From Tubulanus polymorphus (Eukaryota; Animalia; Nemertea), in the NCBI RefSeq assembly GCF_964204645.1, contig NC_134026.1, positions 3,867,950 through 3,931,949 on the forward strand: a DNA stretch of 64,000 nucleotides, in the 5' to 3' direction. Made by a program: the position numbers and the translations under genes. Within the stretch, counting starts at the first letter, position 1, and every line of letters begins with the position of its first letter. The notes under the pieces are model-generated. The model saw only the letters and a list, made by a program, of their open reading frames with translations, was not told the DNA's origin and did no database searches. Shown piece by piece: positions 41,750-59,763 of this stretch.

Positions 41750-43908
41750 ATGAGATACAAAGATAAGGTGACGATTGTAACTGGTGGCTCGAAAGGAATC
41801 GGAGAAGGATGTGTTCGAGTTTTTGGTAAGATTTCAATGCGCATTCATGAACAGCTATTATATGGCATTCAGGCCACACACAATGACAGCTGTGATCACA
41901 GCTGATTGAGTTTATAGGCCTGCGCACAATGACGATGGCGCCGATTTCAAAACGTACACGTCATCAATGCCGTCCCTTTTTTCATACTTAGAAATACGTA
42001 TTTTCCCGGTATTCGCTATTTCCCGGTATAACTTTTCTCTTAAGTCTTCTGCTGTAGCAATGAATTGCATACGGTAACGAGCATGGTATTGACTCGTTGA
42101 AAAAAATATGAAAAGATCGATCTCTCTCAAGACTATATAAAAGTTTAAGAATTGTAGATTAAAGACGTATATATACTGTGATTTTCCAAAAATCAAGATC
42201 CAATGTTTCTTTCAAGTTTTTATGATCGAGTAAATTTTAATCTTTTAGTCGAAAATGGATCAAAAGTCGTATTCTGTGCTCGTGGAGGTGAGTCATAGTT
42301 TGAAAGTGAATGTACATTTACGTAAATACAATTCCCATTCAGTTTCGTCAAATTCGGGGTACGCGCAAATTCACGCTTTGTTTGTTCTATAGAGAAAGAC
42401 GGCAAAACTCTTGAAGATAAACTGAACAAACTTCACCCAGATTCGACCTACTTCGTGAAATGTGATGTCACTAAGGAAGCTGATATCAAGGTATATAATT
42501 CAGATTAGACCGCGATAAAAGAGTCACGCTAGGAAAACTTGAAGTTTTAAACACATTTTTAATTAAAGATTTATCAGAAATGTGAAAGTAGATTCTTCCA
42601 TAATGATCTTCATCCTAACAATACGATATCCGCGATGCATTTCAATTCTATTTTCAGAATGTCGTCGAAAAAACTATTGAAAAATACGGACGTCTGGATT
42701 GTTTGATAAACAACGCTGGCTGGCGTATGTGACGCATTGATCCAATAGAAATTTCACATTTTGCACAAAAGCCCTCCCATCGAATAATTATAATCCGTGC
42801 CTTGCATTTGAAGTATTTTCTAGGAGGGGGGGGGGGGGTTGTAAAGAATCCCGAGAAAGGATATTTGAATTGGATACTTAACTTTTGCAAAAATAAGGGA
42901 AATTTCTGGGAGGGGGGCAACTACCCCTGAATTGGCAATATAATTCTTTTGCAGATCCACCGTTCTCCCAGATTGACGATTTCAGCATTGACGATTTCCG
43001 CAACATCCTAGACCTTAACATAGTCAGTTATTTCACATTTTGTAAGGTGAGACACCTCTGCTTCACGTTTAAATCTATTTGCGGAGTTTGTACCATGTGT
43101 ATCTGATTTATTTTCGAAATGCAATTGATCCGTTTTCCGCATCGCTTTCAGCTATCGCTTCCTCATTTGCGGAAAACTAAAGGGAATATAATCAATATGT
43201 CTAGTTTAGTCGGTATAATGGGCCAGGGTGGGGCATGCACATATGCAGCGACTAAGGTATGTTGAAATATTTTTGACGGTTTCGTCCAACCATATCATGA
43301 GTTTTATCTATTAGTGTCACGTTATGGCTTGAACTATGATCAAGGTTAAATCTATTTGACCTAGTAACAAATATTAATGTAATACGTTTATCTAGGGTGC
43401 AATCACAAGCTTCTCAAAAGCACTGGCAGTTGACGAGGCAAAATTCGGGGTCAGGGTCAACATGTACGTATCACAAACGATTTTCTAATCAAGCAAGGGA
43501 GTATGATATGTATTCTACAAGAATAAATCGAATGCTTTTAATTTCTTTGGGCTATTCCAGCATGAGTCCAGGTAATGTTTGGACACCACTGTGGGAAGAA
43601 GGAGCGAAAGCTACGTCCAATCCAGAGGCTTGCATCAAGGCTGGCGAAGATGCACAGGTCAAAAGAATATCAAAAATGAATTCTACCAGACAAACGATAG
43701 AGGTTATCTTGTGTTCAAAGAGCTAGGTTTTCTATTTTTCAAGGTGATAGGGCGAATGGGAACAATTGAAGAAGTCGGACTAGCCTGTCTTTATTTCGCG
43801 GCGGAAGCCACGTTCTGCACGGGAATTGATCATATACTTAGTGGTGGCGCCGAACTCAACTATGGTCGTAAAACCCAACTGGAAAATAAAAACGACCCAT
43901 ATTCATAA
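41750..43908 (+). CDS. HSD17B14: SDR, 17-beta-hydroxysteroid dehydrogenase 14 / L-fucose dehydrogenase, ~9 exons
   Basis: MRYKDKVTIVTGGSKGIGEG, GRLDCLINNAGWHPP, GNIINMSSLVG, the YxxxK motif YAATKGA, SPGNVWTPLWEE and EATFCTGIDHILSGGAELNYG. Confidence 0.9.
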
Positions 43909-44393
43909 GTTAGCGACGGATAATATGAGTGCGTTGTGATGATTTTTACCGATGATTATGGAATTTACAAAGTAACCTGTGTCTGTCTCGTTGATTAACT
44001 TTATCGTTGATATTTTCAAATAAAGCCATTGCTCCTTACGATCTCTTTGACTTTCCTCACTCACGTGTCGACAGTTTTTCCAACCATGTTTCAACGTACG
44101 GAAAATGACTTGATTATTGATAATGTAGCGTAAGAATTTGAAATAGCGCAAGACTTTGATGTCCTTATAAAAGCAATGAAGTGAAGCCTCCGGTGGAAAT
44201 ATGCCGGTTGCGGTACGCTGGCCGCCGGCGAAATTAAACGTATCCTCTATTTAGTATTATTTTTTGTCCGGAATTTTTGCGTCCGCGATATTCGATTACC
44301 CAGTGGACGCTCCTCGGGCTTCCGTACTTCATGTGATCGCGCTCAAGGCCGTTGCGCATTGTAAAGATTAAGGAAAAGGAAAATCGTTGTACC

Positions 44394-46045
44394 ATGTCGA
44401 GGTCTGTCACAGCAACGATACCGCAATTCTTCACCAAGGGTCGAAAGATTATTGGCGTGGGTCGTAATTATCAGTAAGTTAAGCAAGTGATCATTTTTTT
44501 TGTTTTGGGTATTAATGACATTTTTGACATAGTCATAGTCATACTACTCATGATGACTCCCCCACACTCCACAGCACAGACACTAAAAAAACAGGCACAG
44601 AGCCGCACAGGCTGACACAGTCACACAGGACAGGTACAGCACAGTGAGCCTGGATAAGATTCAAGAATAGGGGACTAGTGGTTAGGATTAGGGTTAGGTT
44701 TAGTTCCCTAATCATCATTAATTACTATATACATTACTATCATTATATATCATCATTATCAATTACTAATATTATTACTTAATTGATTACTATCACTACA
44801 TATATATTGCTATAGTCCCCTATTCTTGAATCGCACCGAGAGTAGGTATGTCATTGCCTGTTGAGGTGGAGTTGTCATGTCAGCACAGTTGTGGTGGAGT
44901 TGTCATGTCATGCTTTCCCGCTGCCCGTGCTCTAGTGGGGAACTGAAAAAAAATTAATTATCTCGATTAACTGTTTCGGAGGGTTAATCTGAAGAACGCA
45001 CTTGTCATCAATTAATATTCAAATTGGTTCCTAACCTCTATCTCTAAACATAACCATAACTCGAATCCTTCCTTAAACACTAGTGCCACATAGTGGGAAG
45101 GGAAACTGTATAGGCGTGTCTAAAATTTAGACCCCTTCTTACTTTTGGCCGGCGTCGACAGTCAACAGTGTTTGTCTTAACATTGGCCATTCTTATTAAT
45201 CACGAATGAGCGATAGTGACTGTCAATGATACTTTGTCTCTATACTATTAGAATCATTAACTCAATGAGGAGACGAGACGAGTTTCAGCATAGTCTGAAT
45301 ACTAGACGATGTACAGGTTCCCTTGTAACGAACAGCTGCTCTCCGTATTGTTGGCCGCTATCTCATTTCTGAACTTCACTTTCAGAGATCATGCTGCAGA
45401 ACTTGGAAACGTCGTACCAACTGAACCAATTATATTTCTGAAGCCTACATCTTCGTATATACTTGAAGGTGACAAAATTAAGGTAAGAAAAAAACGGTGA
45501 GACTGTTTGGACCAGTTTGTATTTTCGATGGCCAATTATATCCTATCGGTTTATCTTTGTAGCTACCGCCAAAAACCAAAGAAATTCACCATGAAGTTGA
45601 ACTCGGAGTTGTGATCGGGAAAGAAGGAAGGAACATAACCCCAGAATCTGCCATGGATTATGTGAAAGGCTATGCATTATCATTGGATATGACTGCTAGA
45701 GATATGCAACGTCAGTTAGCTAAGAAAGGTCATCCATGGTCGTTAGCGAAGGGTTTTGACACCGCAACTCCAATAAGTGGCTTTATTCCTAAAACTACTT
45801 TGCCGGATCCAATGAATGTACACCTGTGGCTGAAAGTTAATGATGAAATGCGCCAAGATGGAAACACTAAAGACATGATTTTTGACATACCCAGTTTAAT
45901 TTCATACATAAGTCAATATTTCACTCTTGAAGAGGAAGATGTAATTTTAACTGGAACCCCTGCAGGTGTGGGCCCGGTCAAATCTGGGGACTCAATAAAT
46001 TGTGGTCTTAATGATATTGTAACCATGAAATTTGATGTAGAATGA
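44394..46045 (+). CDS. FAHD1: Fumarylacetoacetate hydrolase domain protein 1 (acylpyruvase/oxaloacetate tautomerase); exons 44394-44473, 45386-45482, 45563-46045
   Basis: KIIGVGRNYQDHAAELGN, IFLKPTSS, IHHEVELGVVIG, LDMTARD, PWSLAKGFDT and DVILTGTPAGVG. Confidence 0.93.
44658..44832. mobile_element. MITE-like element with perfect 20-bp TIR and telomere-like internal repeats, in FAHD1 intron 1
   Basis: gattcaagaataggggacta ... tagtcccctattcttgaatc; the interior holds ggttaggattagggttagg and an AT-rich low-complexity tract. Confidence 0.65.
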
Positions 46046-46499
46046 TTAACAGTTGTCTCCGATACATTCAAAATTGCAATATCTTTTTGCTATGTATGGT
46101 ATTTAAGTAAAAATGCAATATATTATTCTATGTATGGTATTTACAATCATTATGAATGATCTACATTGTAATAAATATTTTATCTAATAATTTGTGCCAT
46201 CTTATTGACGGTTACTTTTTAATCTGCTGCAGTCCATATGGCTAGAATGTCAACCTCGGTTAGTCCGTCCCCGGTTAAACGACAAGTGCTTACTCCATAT
46301 GAATTTAATTGGCTCTGCTTTTAACAAACATTATTCCCTCTAATTCGTACTTCATAATCAGTATTTCAATTATTCTGTAGACAAATACGTGATTCCGGTG
46401 CCCAATTTTAGTAAAACCTTGTGTAACCTGTATCAGTTGTTGGCAACAATATGATTGAAATACAGGTAACTCCCGAAAATACTGCAGTCATCTGATTCT

Positions 46500-46879
46500 A
46501 GGACAATTCCCCCCCCCCCCAATAAAATCCTTTTTGATTTGGATTAACACCACCTAAATACTTTACTTAGAAATTCATTTGTATACTATTGAATATAGAT
46601 TTATAATTACTGATGTTGTGCGCAGATCAAAAACTTTAAATCAGTCCTTGTGTAATTATAATTCACTTACCAAATTAAAGGAAACTTAATAAGTCCACTT
46701 ATTAGTGCATTAGTAAACGATGGCTGATTTATTGGAATTAGTTTTAGTGTTACTTTAGCCAATCAAAAACTTTAAAGCAGTCCTAGAGTAATTAGCTAGA
46801 ATTAGTTCACTTTGTCTAATTAATTTGAAGACAATATCTGCGTTACTTTAAGACTTAATTTGGGGGGCAATTGTCCTGA
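46500..46879. mobile_element. MITE-like element with GGACAATT(G/C)CCCCC termini
   Basis: aggacaattccccc ... gggggcaattgtcct; internal duplicated tcaaaaactttaaa..agtcct segment. Confidence 0.55.
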
Positions 46880-48604
46880 TACCCAGTCATCTATCCATGT
46901 CATAATAAATCTCACGCTCCTCCGTTTAATGATGGTGTCTTTTCATAATGGTGTCAGAGACGGGGATGGCAGTATATATGGTATTGACTGTAAGGGGCTT
47001 ATCCATAGGTACGAAAATGATTTACTAAAACTCACGTTTTAATAACGAGCCAATTTATTTATCATTATCAAACACCTCAAACAAAAAACTTACTGCATTC
47101 ATTGAATTGCCGTGGCCATCCAATTTTCATGGAAAATTCAGATGTGCCACAATATATAGCCAGCACACCTTGATTTCTGAAGACATTTTTGGTAACTTTT
47201 CACGCACACGAATTATCTGATATTTATAGATATATGATAGATAAACATTAACACAAAAACATTATTAACTGCAATTATACGAATGAGGCATTTTAAAGCA
47301 TACACAATAGTACAGTAAGTGTCAATGTTTTAGATACAATGAGACAATTATCAAAGAGAAAATATCCAAAAAAAATTCGCTAGTTTTCCAGCATTCATCA
47401 AATATCACCGCATAAACAACTAGTTAAAAGGAAAGAAATAATCGAAATTAACATCATCAATTAAACACAATAAACCCATGTGAGATAATTTTACATAAAA
47501 TTTAATTCGAGGATTATTCATCACATCAAACGACTATTCTACAAGAATAATGTGCAGACATTTTTGGTATTATTCGTAGGACTGATATATCTTTTCAAGA
47601 GCAGCTGACTGAGGTACAAAGTCCAAGTAATTCATCGCTCGTTACGAAACAATTGACAATTCGAGGAATAGATGAATCTAATTCATCGGGAGACGACACC
47701 GGATACGAGAACGCCGAAAAACGAACATTTAAAATCTATCAACTCGATATACATTGAAGGAAATAATTCAGGTGCAGTTGAACAAATTCACTAAACAGAA
47801 ATGATACGCAATTCAATCAATCCAGCTTAAGATTCCTACCATTACTAAGAAAGGCACGATCCATCTTTCGTTTCAGTATTAAGCGCAGTAAGCATAGATT
47901 ATTTTCACCGACATAAAGGTTTTCTATACAAACCACCTTTAATGCGTTGCCAAAAAATCGATTCGATTGTCCATAAACTAATTACACAACATTAGATTGG
48001 TAATTGGAATGATATTGAAGGCAGCAGCAGTAGCAGCCTTCGTAAGGAGATACCACATATAACATATCCATTCAAGAGACATATATCAAATCAAATTTAA
48101 AATCTTCAAAATGCATGTGGCATTTACCGTACCGGATAATAAAACGATTTAAAATAACAGCAAATTACAAATGTTTTTAAACTATTTTCATATGATAATA
48201 GATAATGGTAGAAAACTTCTCTTCAAAATGCATTTACTCCAGGCTTAAAAGCGACATCTTGTATGATACAACGTACAGAATATCACACACTTTTTTTTTC
48301 AGCTGGAAGATTCGATGCGCATTCATCGCACATTTATTAAAATCACAACGAAAAATTTGACACACAGCGACTGACGGTGTTTGGAAATTCATTCAAATGG
48401 TTATCCCTATTGAACGCGCATGGCGTGAACAAAATATTGATATTTCTTGAGAAAGTTGATTGTCATCAACTGAACGATTCACACTGCTGATCGCACTTCA
48501 AACAAACGCCACACAATACGATGAGTTCTCTATTTTGTCCCGTATCTTACTATTCAGTAGTGGTCAGTCAATTCAATGAAAGCAGCGTTAGTCGAGGAAG
48601 GTGT

Positions 48605-53054
<4,450 letters not shown>

Positions 53055-53875
53055 CTTCGATTCGAGTGCGGGTTTTTCCGATAAAAATTCCAACAATCAA
53101 AAATTTATTGCCCGTTGTTGTTCACAACTAAGGCAACGTTGGCGATATGGATAACTTGCCCAGTCAACAATAAGGTGAAAATTTACCCGATCGAATTTGT
53201 GAACTCTTGAACTTTAAATTTTATCAGTGAGAGCAGCCGCCTCCAGCCGGCGGCGAAAACCCAAAAAGGTGGTGCCTTTTTCAGGCTTAAAATATCGAAA
53301 TTAGAACGAAAACAATTTAACTATTTACGTCCAACACAAGACTAGAATCTTATCTGATCTTCCACGCCACAATCCGTACCACAGTTGGTGAAATTAATTA
53401 CTGCGTATGGTGTAATTTAGTCAGAATTGATGACATGTGAATTCTATGTGCCATGTGAATTCACTGTGACGTCACTAGTCTTCCTGTTCAATTAACGCGA
53501 TGTTAAACGCGCACTGATTGGCTCGTTGGATTGACCTAATTACCAGTGGTCCAATTAGAATTTAATTGTTTTCTCACGTAATGAATCTGGATACCCGATT
53601 TTAATTGATTGTAAAGACTTTGGTCGTATTTGTATTGCTAAAAGCACAGAAGTCGATACATTCGTGGATAATTAATTGCGACCGGCCAATCAACGGCCAC
53701 GTATTGCACTCCCGGGAATAGAATCCCATAGCTCCACATTCAAAATGGCAGCGTCCATGAAATTATGAAAATGTTAATTTTTCCCCCGAATAAAATCCAT
53801 CCTTTTCGTCGTCGTGAACACAATGTCCTTATTCGTCCGATTTTCTATGTGACGTCCAGGTTGTTCGAGTAAAAA
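53055..53875. promoter_or_regulatory. Shared divergent promoter region ETF1/PSTK
   Basis: Palindromic CRE GTGACGTCAC at 53466-53475, CCAAT boxes on both strands (~53515, ~53550, ~53686) and a YY1-like CAAAATGGC at ~53741. Confidence 0.6.
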
Positions 53876-55861
53876 ATGACGTCCAGAATATGCATTCTAG
53901 TCTTGAGCGGCTTTCCAGCCAGCGGTAAAACGACTCTCGCAAAAGCCCTCCAAGAATTTTACAAAAATTCCATCCAAGCCTCAAATTTTAATTGCTACCA
54001 TGTTTGTTATGATGAAATCCTATCGTCTAATGTTGAACAGAAATTGTTGGAACTACGCGGAAAAGCTGATCATTCTGGGGTAGGCCTATCTTAATGTTTG
54101 TTTTAGGCCAGACGCTGTTGTTGATTGATTGCCATATGATGATTGATTAATCAATATTTTTCGGAAATTTCATTTTGTAGAAACCGTCCCAGTGGAAAGA
54201 ATACCGACGCAAGATTCTGAGATGTGTCGAACACCTTATTACTATGCAGCAACCGCAAGATGATATTTTCAGCTATGATTTCATCGATATCGACTACGAA
54301 GTTATGGAGAAATTTCGAGTATGCACCGGTCTGCAGTTCGCGGTTACCGACCCAGATTCGTTGATGGACGTCGACGAAGAGAAAAATGACGGAATTCTCA
54401 TCATTATCGATGATAATATGTACTACCGTAGCATGAGATACGAATATTATCAAATGGCTAAAAAATGTAAGATATGCTTAAGAATTCCAGAGTTAGTTAC
54501 TTTTTGTGAAACTATTCCACAGTTGTGAGTTACCTTGAAGTTAAGTTTTGACTCAGTGTCCTGTTGAAAAATTTGATTCAACTCATAAATCTATTTTAGA
54601 CTTAATCCTTTTTGCGAAACTTGAGTTCAGGCGCCGTTTGCTTGAAAGCTGGTTAAAGATAACCAGATAACCGATGGATAAATAACATAGTAACAGTGAA
54701 CTTTCAATTGTCACTATGTCAACCATCCACTTCTTAACAGTACTTAAACCCTACTTTCGAGCAACTGGCCCCTGAACTGTGGAACCGGGTCAGATTCATT
54801 AGTTTCAAATTCGAAGACGATCGATTTCTTATATTTCACCTGCACGGTATATTGCTTAAAAGATCTCTATAGCTTGAAGAGAACGTTGAATCATTTCAGA
54901 TGAATGTGGCTTCGCAGAAATATGTGTTGCCTGTTCAACTGAAAGTAGCCTACAACGTAATCATACGCGAGGACACCACGTAGCTGATGATGTTATCATT
55001 TCAATGGCTAGTAGATTTGAACCCCCCGATCCAACTGGTAATGCGTGGGAAATCAACTCGCTTATTTGGAATACAGAGACCGGTGGAAACTGGTATGTTT
55101 AAATGCATTCCTCCGCCATTCTGAGTTTGAGATTTGAGGGTTGAATTATTAATTTGTAATCGGCTTATATTAACTCTTTACATGTGGAATTCTGTGGTCT
55201 GTGGTTCTGTATTTGTGGTTTGAAATTTGCTGATTATTGTTATTTCGATTTCAGGATGGACGTCACACGTTTGATCGATCGAGCTATGAATAACCCAGTC
55301 ATCCATTCTCCTCAAGAAGATGAAGATAAGAAACAGGCAGATCGTATAGTCTGCTCGACGAATCTACTGCATCAGAGCGACCAAATTCTACGCAAATTAG
55401 TGGCTAACAGAATGACTGAAGCAAAAGGTAACTACTGTACTAGTATTTTGATCGAATTGTAAAATGAAGGCTTCAAAGAATTGCTCATCATAATAATATT
55501 TCATTGAGCAATTCTTGATGTTTATAGGCCTATATATTATATCAACTATATGGAACATTTCAAAAGTTGATTATACAGGAGGAATATTGATAGTTGTTAG
55601 AACAATGATTGCTTAGGCTCCTCTCCCTCTCAAATTGAAATTTATTGATTTGCAGGTTGTGGTAGATTCAAAAAGAATGATCTGAAAAGTTTCGCCGCGT
55701 GCCTGAACAAAGTGCGCACGCGTTTGTTGGCTGATTTGAAGAAAGGCAAACTGTTACTGCCGCAACAATGTAACCACGATGTTCAGAATGCAAGTAAAAA
55801 CAAGACGAGTCCTCTATATGTGTATCTCACAGATGTGTTCTATCATTGGCACAGCAGATAA
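53876..55861 (+). CDS. PSTK: L-seryl-tRNA(Sec) kinase; exons 53876-54079, 54181-54466, 54900-55092, 55255-55427, 55656-55861
   Basis: P-loop LSGFPASGKTT, IIIDDNMYYRSMRYE, SLQRNHTR, RFEPPD..NAWE and STNLLHQSDQILRKLV. Confidence 0.92.
54516..54792. mobile_element. Family A MITE with a second MITE nested inside (54628-54774), in PSTK intron 2
   Basis: Outer termini ttccacagttgtg ... aactgtggaaccgggtc; inner termini caggcgccgtttgcttgaaag ... ctttcgagcaactggcccctg. Confidence 0.6.
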
Positions 55862-58800
55862 AGCTCGATACTGCGATGCTCTGTCCTGTTCACTCTGCCA
55901 GAAATACTAAAACCACCGTTTACAAATCATCGAATGATCGTAGAGTTGTGCAGTTAATTTTATCAGATCAGATGGAGTTCACATTTTTCACTAGAGACTA
56001 ATAATTTGACTATTAGTAAGATTTAAAAGCTACAGCAATTCGTTGAAACCAACCACTAGTAACTACAATCAAATGTTTTAGAAATAGATTCCAAAAATTG
56101 TTTCAAAAGTGACTGTACAACTATCAAAGTGAACTGGAACATAGATGTGTTAAAAGTATTCTAAATATGAAGTCTTCCAAATTAGTGTTTCTGGTGTATT
56201 GAATAGGTTCTGAGCAATTACTCGTCATTAGCTACTTAAACCTTCGGAAAAAACTTCACATAGTCGCATAGTTCGATATACTGTGCTATTCTCATGACAT
56301 ACATTCATTCTGCAATGACGTATTGCTTCTAGTGTTTTATTCTACAAGCATAATAATATGAACTTTAAATCTATATGATCATATTGTTCTCTCTATTCTA
56401 GTCATAATTCTTTTATCTACCGTACATATTTCTCTTTGTATATATTGACGTAACTATCGTATCGATGTATTATTATTATCATTGCCATTGTATTGTTGTA
56501 AAATGTAGGCTTCATCTACTCTTTGACATAGTTACATTTCTCCTTCTTCGAGGGCTAAAATGCCATCTATTCCATCGGTATGGCATTGAAACTTCTCGAC
56601 AAGTTTTCTTCGTTACGATTGCAAAATTATCCACTACGCGTAAAAATTGATGTTTTGTAAATAATGCACGTAGGAGTTAGGTATGTGTATGTATATATAT
56701 ATGCTGTAGATGTTTCTTACAGTGCACGGAATGCAAGCTGTCCATTTAAGTCTGTGTGGGTTACCTGAAACATTATTCCCTCTGAGAGTTAGATCTCTGG
56801 TATCTACTCGAAATTCAAAAATACTCACGAAGCCGATCAATTCTTACGTCAATAATTCCATTTTGTCCAATACTACTGCTATGTATGGTTAAGTTAACTT
56901 TGCACAATTTGGGAATGTCGGTAGGAGATTCTTAGAGTTTGGAAAAGGTTTTACCATTGTTGACATAAGAAATCTTCAAATGCTTTTGTCCATCTTTATT
57001 AAGCATAGATCAAAGAGTTTGATATGGGTGAGTTAGGCAGTTTTCGTGTATTTGGTTATTTGCGATTAACTGAATGATTCATTAAAAAATTCTTACACAG
57101 GTATTTATATTTTTGGTAAATGTACGGGGGGTTGCCGTACGCGAGAAGACTTCGTTTCATGCCCGCCCACACAGAGCGAATTTACTGTCCATTTCAACGA
57201 AATATTTCCCATCCACATTTTACATAGATGCACCACTAGCCAATCCATGTATTTTTCTTATTCCATCCAGGGTGTCCAGCCTTGTACTTGTATCATATAG
57301 AAACCGTACCGTATTTCAGTTTCAATTCTGTCCATAAACGATACTGTCCATAATTAACATGATTGTTGTGTTTCATATTTTTTGTTAAGAATGTAGAAGA
57401 TTTATTTACTTTTAGTTTGTGTCTGTGTATTACCGTAGATTTATCGGTCTACGTGAGTTATACTCGGTAGTATATATTCGGCATCGGTTTCGTTATTGTT
57501 TTTTTGTCGACGATCGTTTTTTGAAAGGAATTCATTCTTAACACGAACCGCGAATGCAAGACCTCGAGGCAGAATTTTTTTTCCGCTGCCCGATGAGTTT
57601 GTGCGTACCTGTCATAACCTGCGGTAAACTGGCAAATATATCTGGATAATTAATGTTCATAATGGGGCCAATTGTGAAAAATTGTAACGTAGATGGTATA
57701 TGATGAATTCTTGTAACTGAGTGTATATTGTTATGTGGTGATTGCCAGTGATGCTGCAAATCTTGATAGTTTTTCATTCAAAACCATATATACCATAATG
57801 CATTGTATTACTTGTAGATGAATGTCTGGTCGATATCGTATATAATTAGATTTACAAATTCTACTACATCACCTGCCATCAGTATTTATTCTGTAGTAGT
57901 GCACCACTATTTTATGTTGATCAAAATTTCATTGTTTCACTGTTTTTAAGTAAAGAGATTACCGTAAAACATGTACCAGTTTGAACGGCGTCATTTGTAG
58001 GTAACACTTTCTCAAATTTCAATACTTCCCACGCTATGAATCAATCTGATAATTCAAAATTTTATAGTAAAAATTCGCCTTCGTACAAACCTTCAATTTT
58101 GTCATCCGCTTATGAAAATTGTTGTACAGTTGTTTGGTCATTGATGTCATTGTGTCTGATAAAGAACCTTGTAACAAAATTACTATATAAGTTATATGCA
58201 AATGGCGAATACATAAGTCTACGCCAGTTCATGTCAGCTGTCCAACAAAACAAGATGATGCTGTCCAGTAGATCAAAAAATCTGTCCCGGATATAGATTC
58301 CCTCAGAATGGGCTATAGCTTCGTCTGTCATGGCCCACAGCCTGACCACATTTCTGTGCAAAATGCTGAAAACTTGTGTACATTATATTTTTATTTCTGT
58401 CCATGGCAACAGTCCATCCGAAATTACTCTGCCATCCAGAATATAACCTCATTGAATTAATTTTGATTTAAGTGTTTTGTGGATTATCGAGACCTTATAT
58501 AATGCATGAACATAATATTGAGTTTCATGCATTGAAAAGGAGGATAGACAAGCTACTTTGTAATTATTTTCAGAATTAAACATTGGAACATTCGTTACAT
58601 AATGTTTGAAATTATGAACATTGATGAAATTCTCATTCAGTGATTAATTTGATATAAGAATCGTCCCATCTATCTGTGCAATACAGTAACTTGAACATAA
58701 TTGAAAAAAAATAAACTTAAACCGTTTGTCCAAGAAACACTTAAGATATAAGATACATGGAACCACATAGAATTAAAGGTGACATTATTGGTTAATTTTC

Positions 58801-59575
58801 CAGTGGTTTCATGCTCGTCCATTTCACATAATCTAGTCCATTTTTGGAGAAAGTTTGACGTATCTGTCCATCATTCGTCCACATAGTTAATTCCAGCCAC
58901 CATTTCATCTCGATGCGAAGAATGTATTTCGCGATGCAAAAGAAACCCGAGCATTACACATCAGCGACATTGAAAAACTCATCAAGTTTCCACCCAAATG
59001 AGTTAATTAGATTAATTAATGTCACTGTTGAACTACTGCTTGAAGCATGAATTTATTTTTTAGTAGCCGTCCCTCATACCGTATAATTAAAGAATTAGCC
59101 CATTATCGAATACTGTTTTTTTATGGACTCAGTACCACACGGGTTGGCGAGTTTCTCGATGGCTTTTGAATGCTAGCCAGCAGCGATGCTTTATATAATA
59201 ATCAATAATCTGACATTTTTGTGAGAAGCGACGTTATAAAATAAAGATTTAATTTGTGTCCAAGAATCAAATGTTCAATCAAAATTTAAAACCTAATTCA
59301 TTTCCAAGAATCAAATTTTAACCCAAACGGATGGAGATATTTGATAAATGATTTTTGTTGAATATTGAAAATTCCTGATTGCAATAGATGTAGCTGTAGG
59401 GTTGTAGAGCTATGGTTTATCAATGAATATTTGTTTTATAGCACACAATACTGATACTGAGTTATATTCATGTACCTAACTGCAAATATATATGATAACC
59501 TTTTGTAAATATTTATGTAAATCCCTCTTATGGAATTTAGAGCAACATGTCATTGAAAATTATTCCAGGAGTCAT

Positions 59576-59763
59576 ATAGTCACGGTCTGTTATAATGGCA
59601 TCCTAGTCCAGTGGTCTCTCTGTCTTGATGCCAACATTGTTCTGATAACAAAATAGTCATCCCTCAAATCCAATGAAAATACAATTCCTTATAACATCAA
59701 ATTCATTATAACACCATATTTTTCTTGGTCCCAATGATGGCGTTAAAACGGACTTTGATTGTA
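59576..59763. mobile_element. Degenerate MITE-like element, family B-like
   Basis: tagtcacggtctgttataatggcatc ... gatggcgttaaaacggactttgattgta imperfect inverted termini. Confidence 0.45.

Noticed and set aside
53701-53722. TATTGCAC miR-92-like seed; also partial matches to miR-750, miR-981 and miR-31 in 56-60 kb
   Set aside because: Only partial matches, with no convincing precursor hairpin.
58254-58300. SECIS-like ATGA...AAAAA...AGAT hairpin downstream of PSTK
   Set aside because: The helix is short and mismatched and the AA spacing is wrong. No in-frame TGA was found in PSTK or in the other exons I reconstructed.
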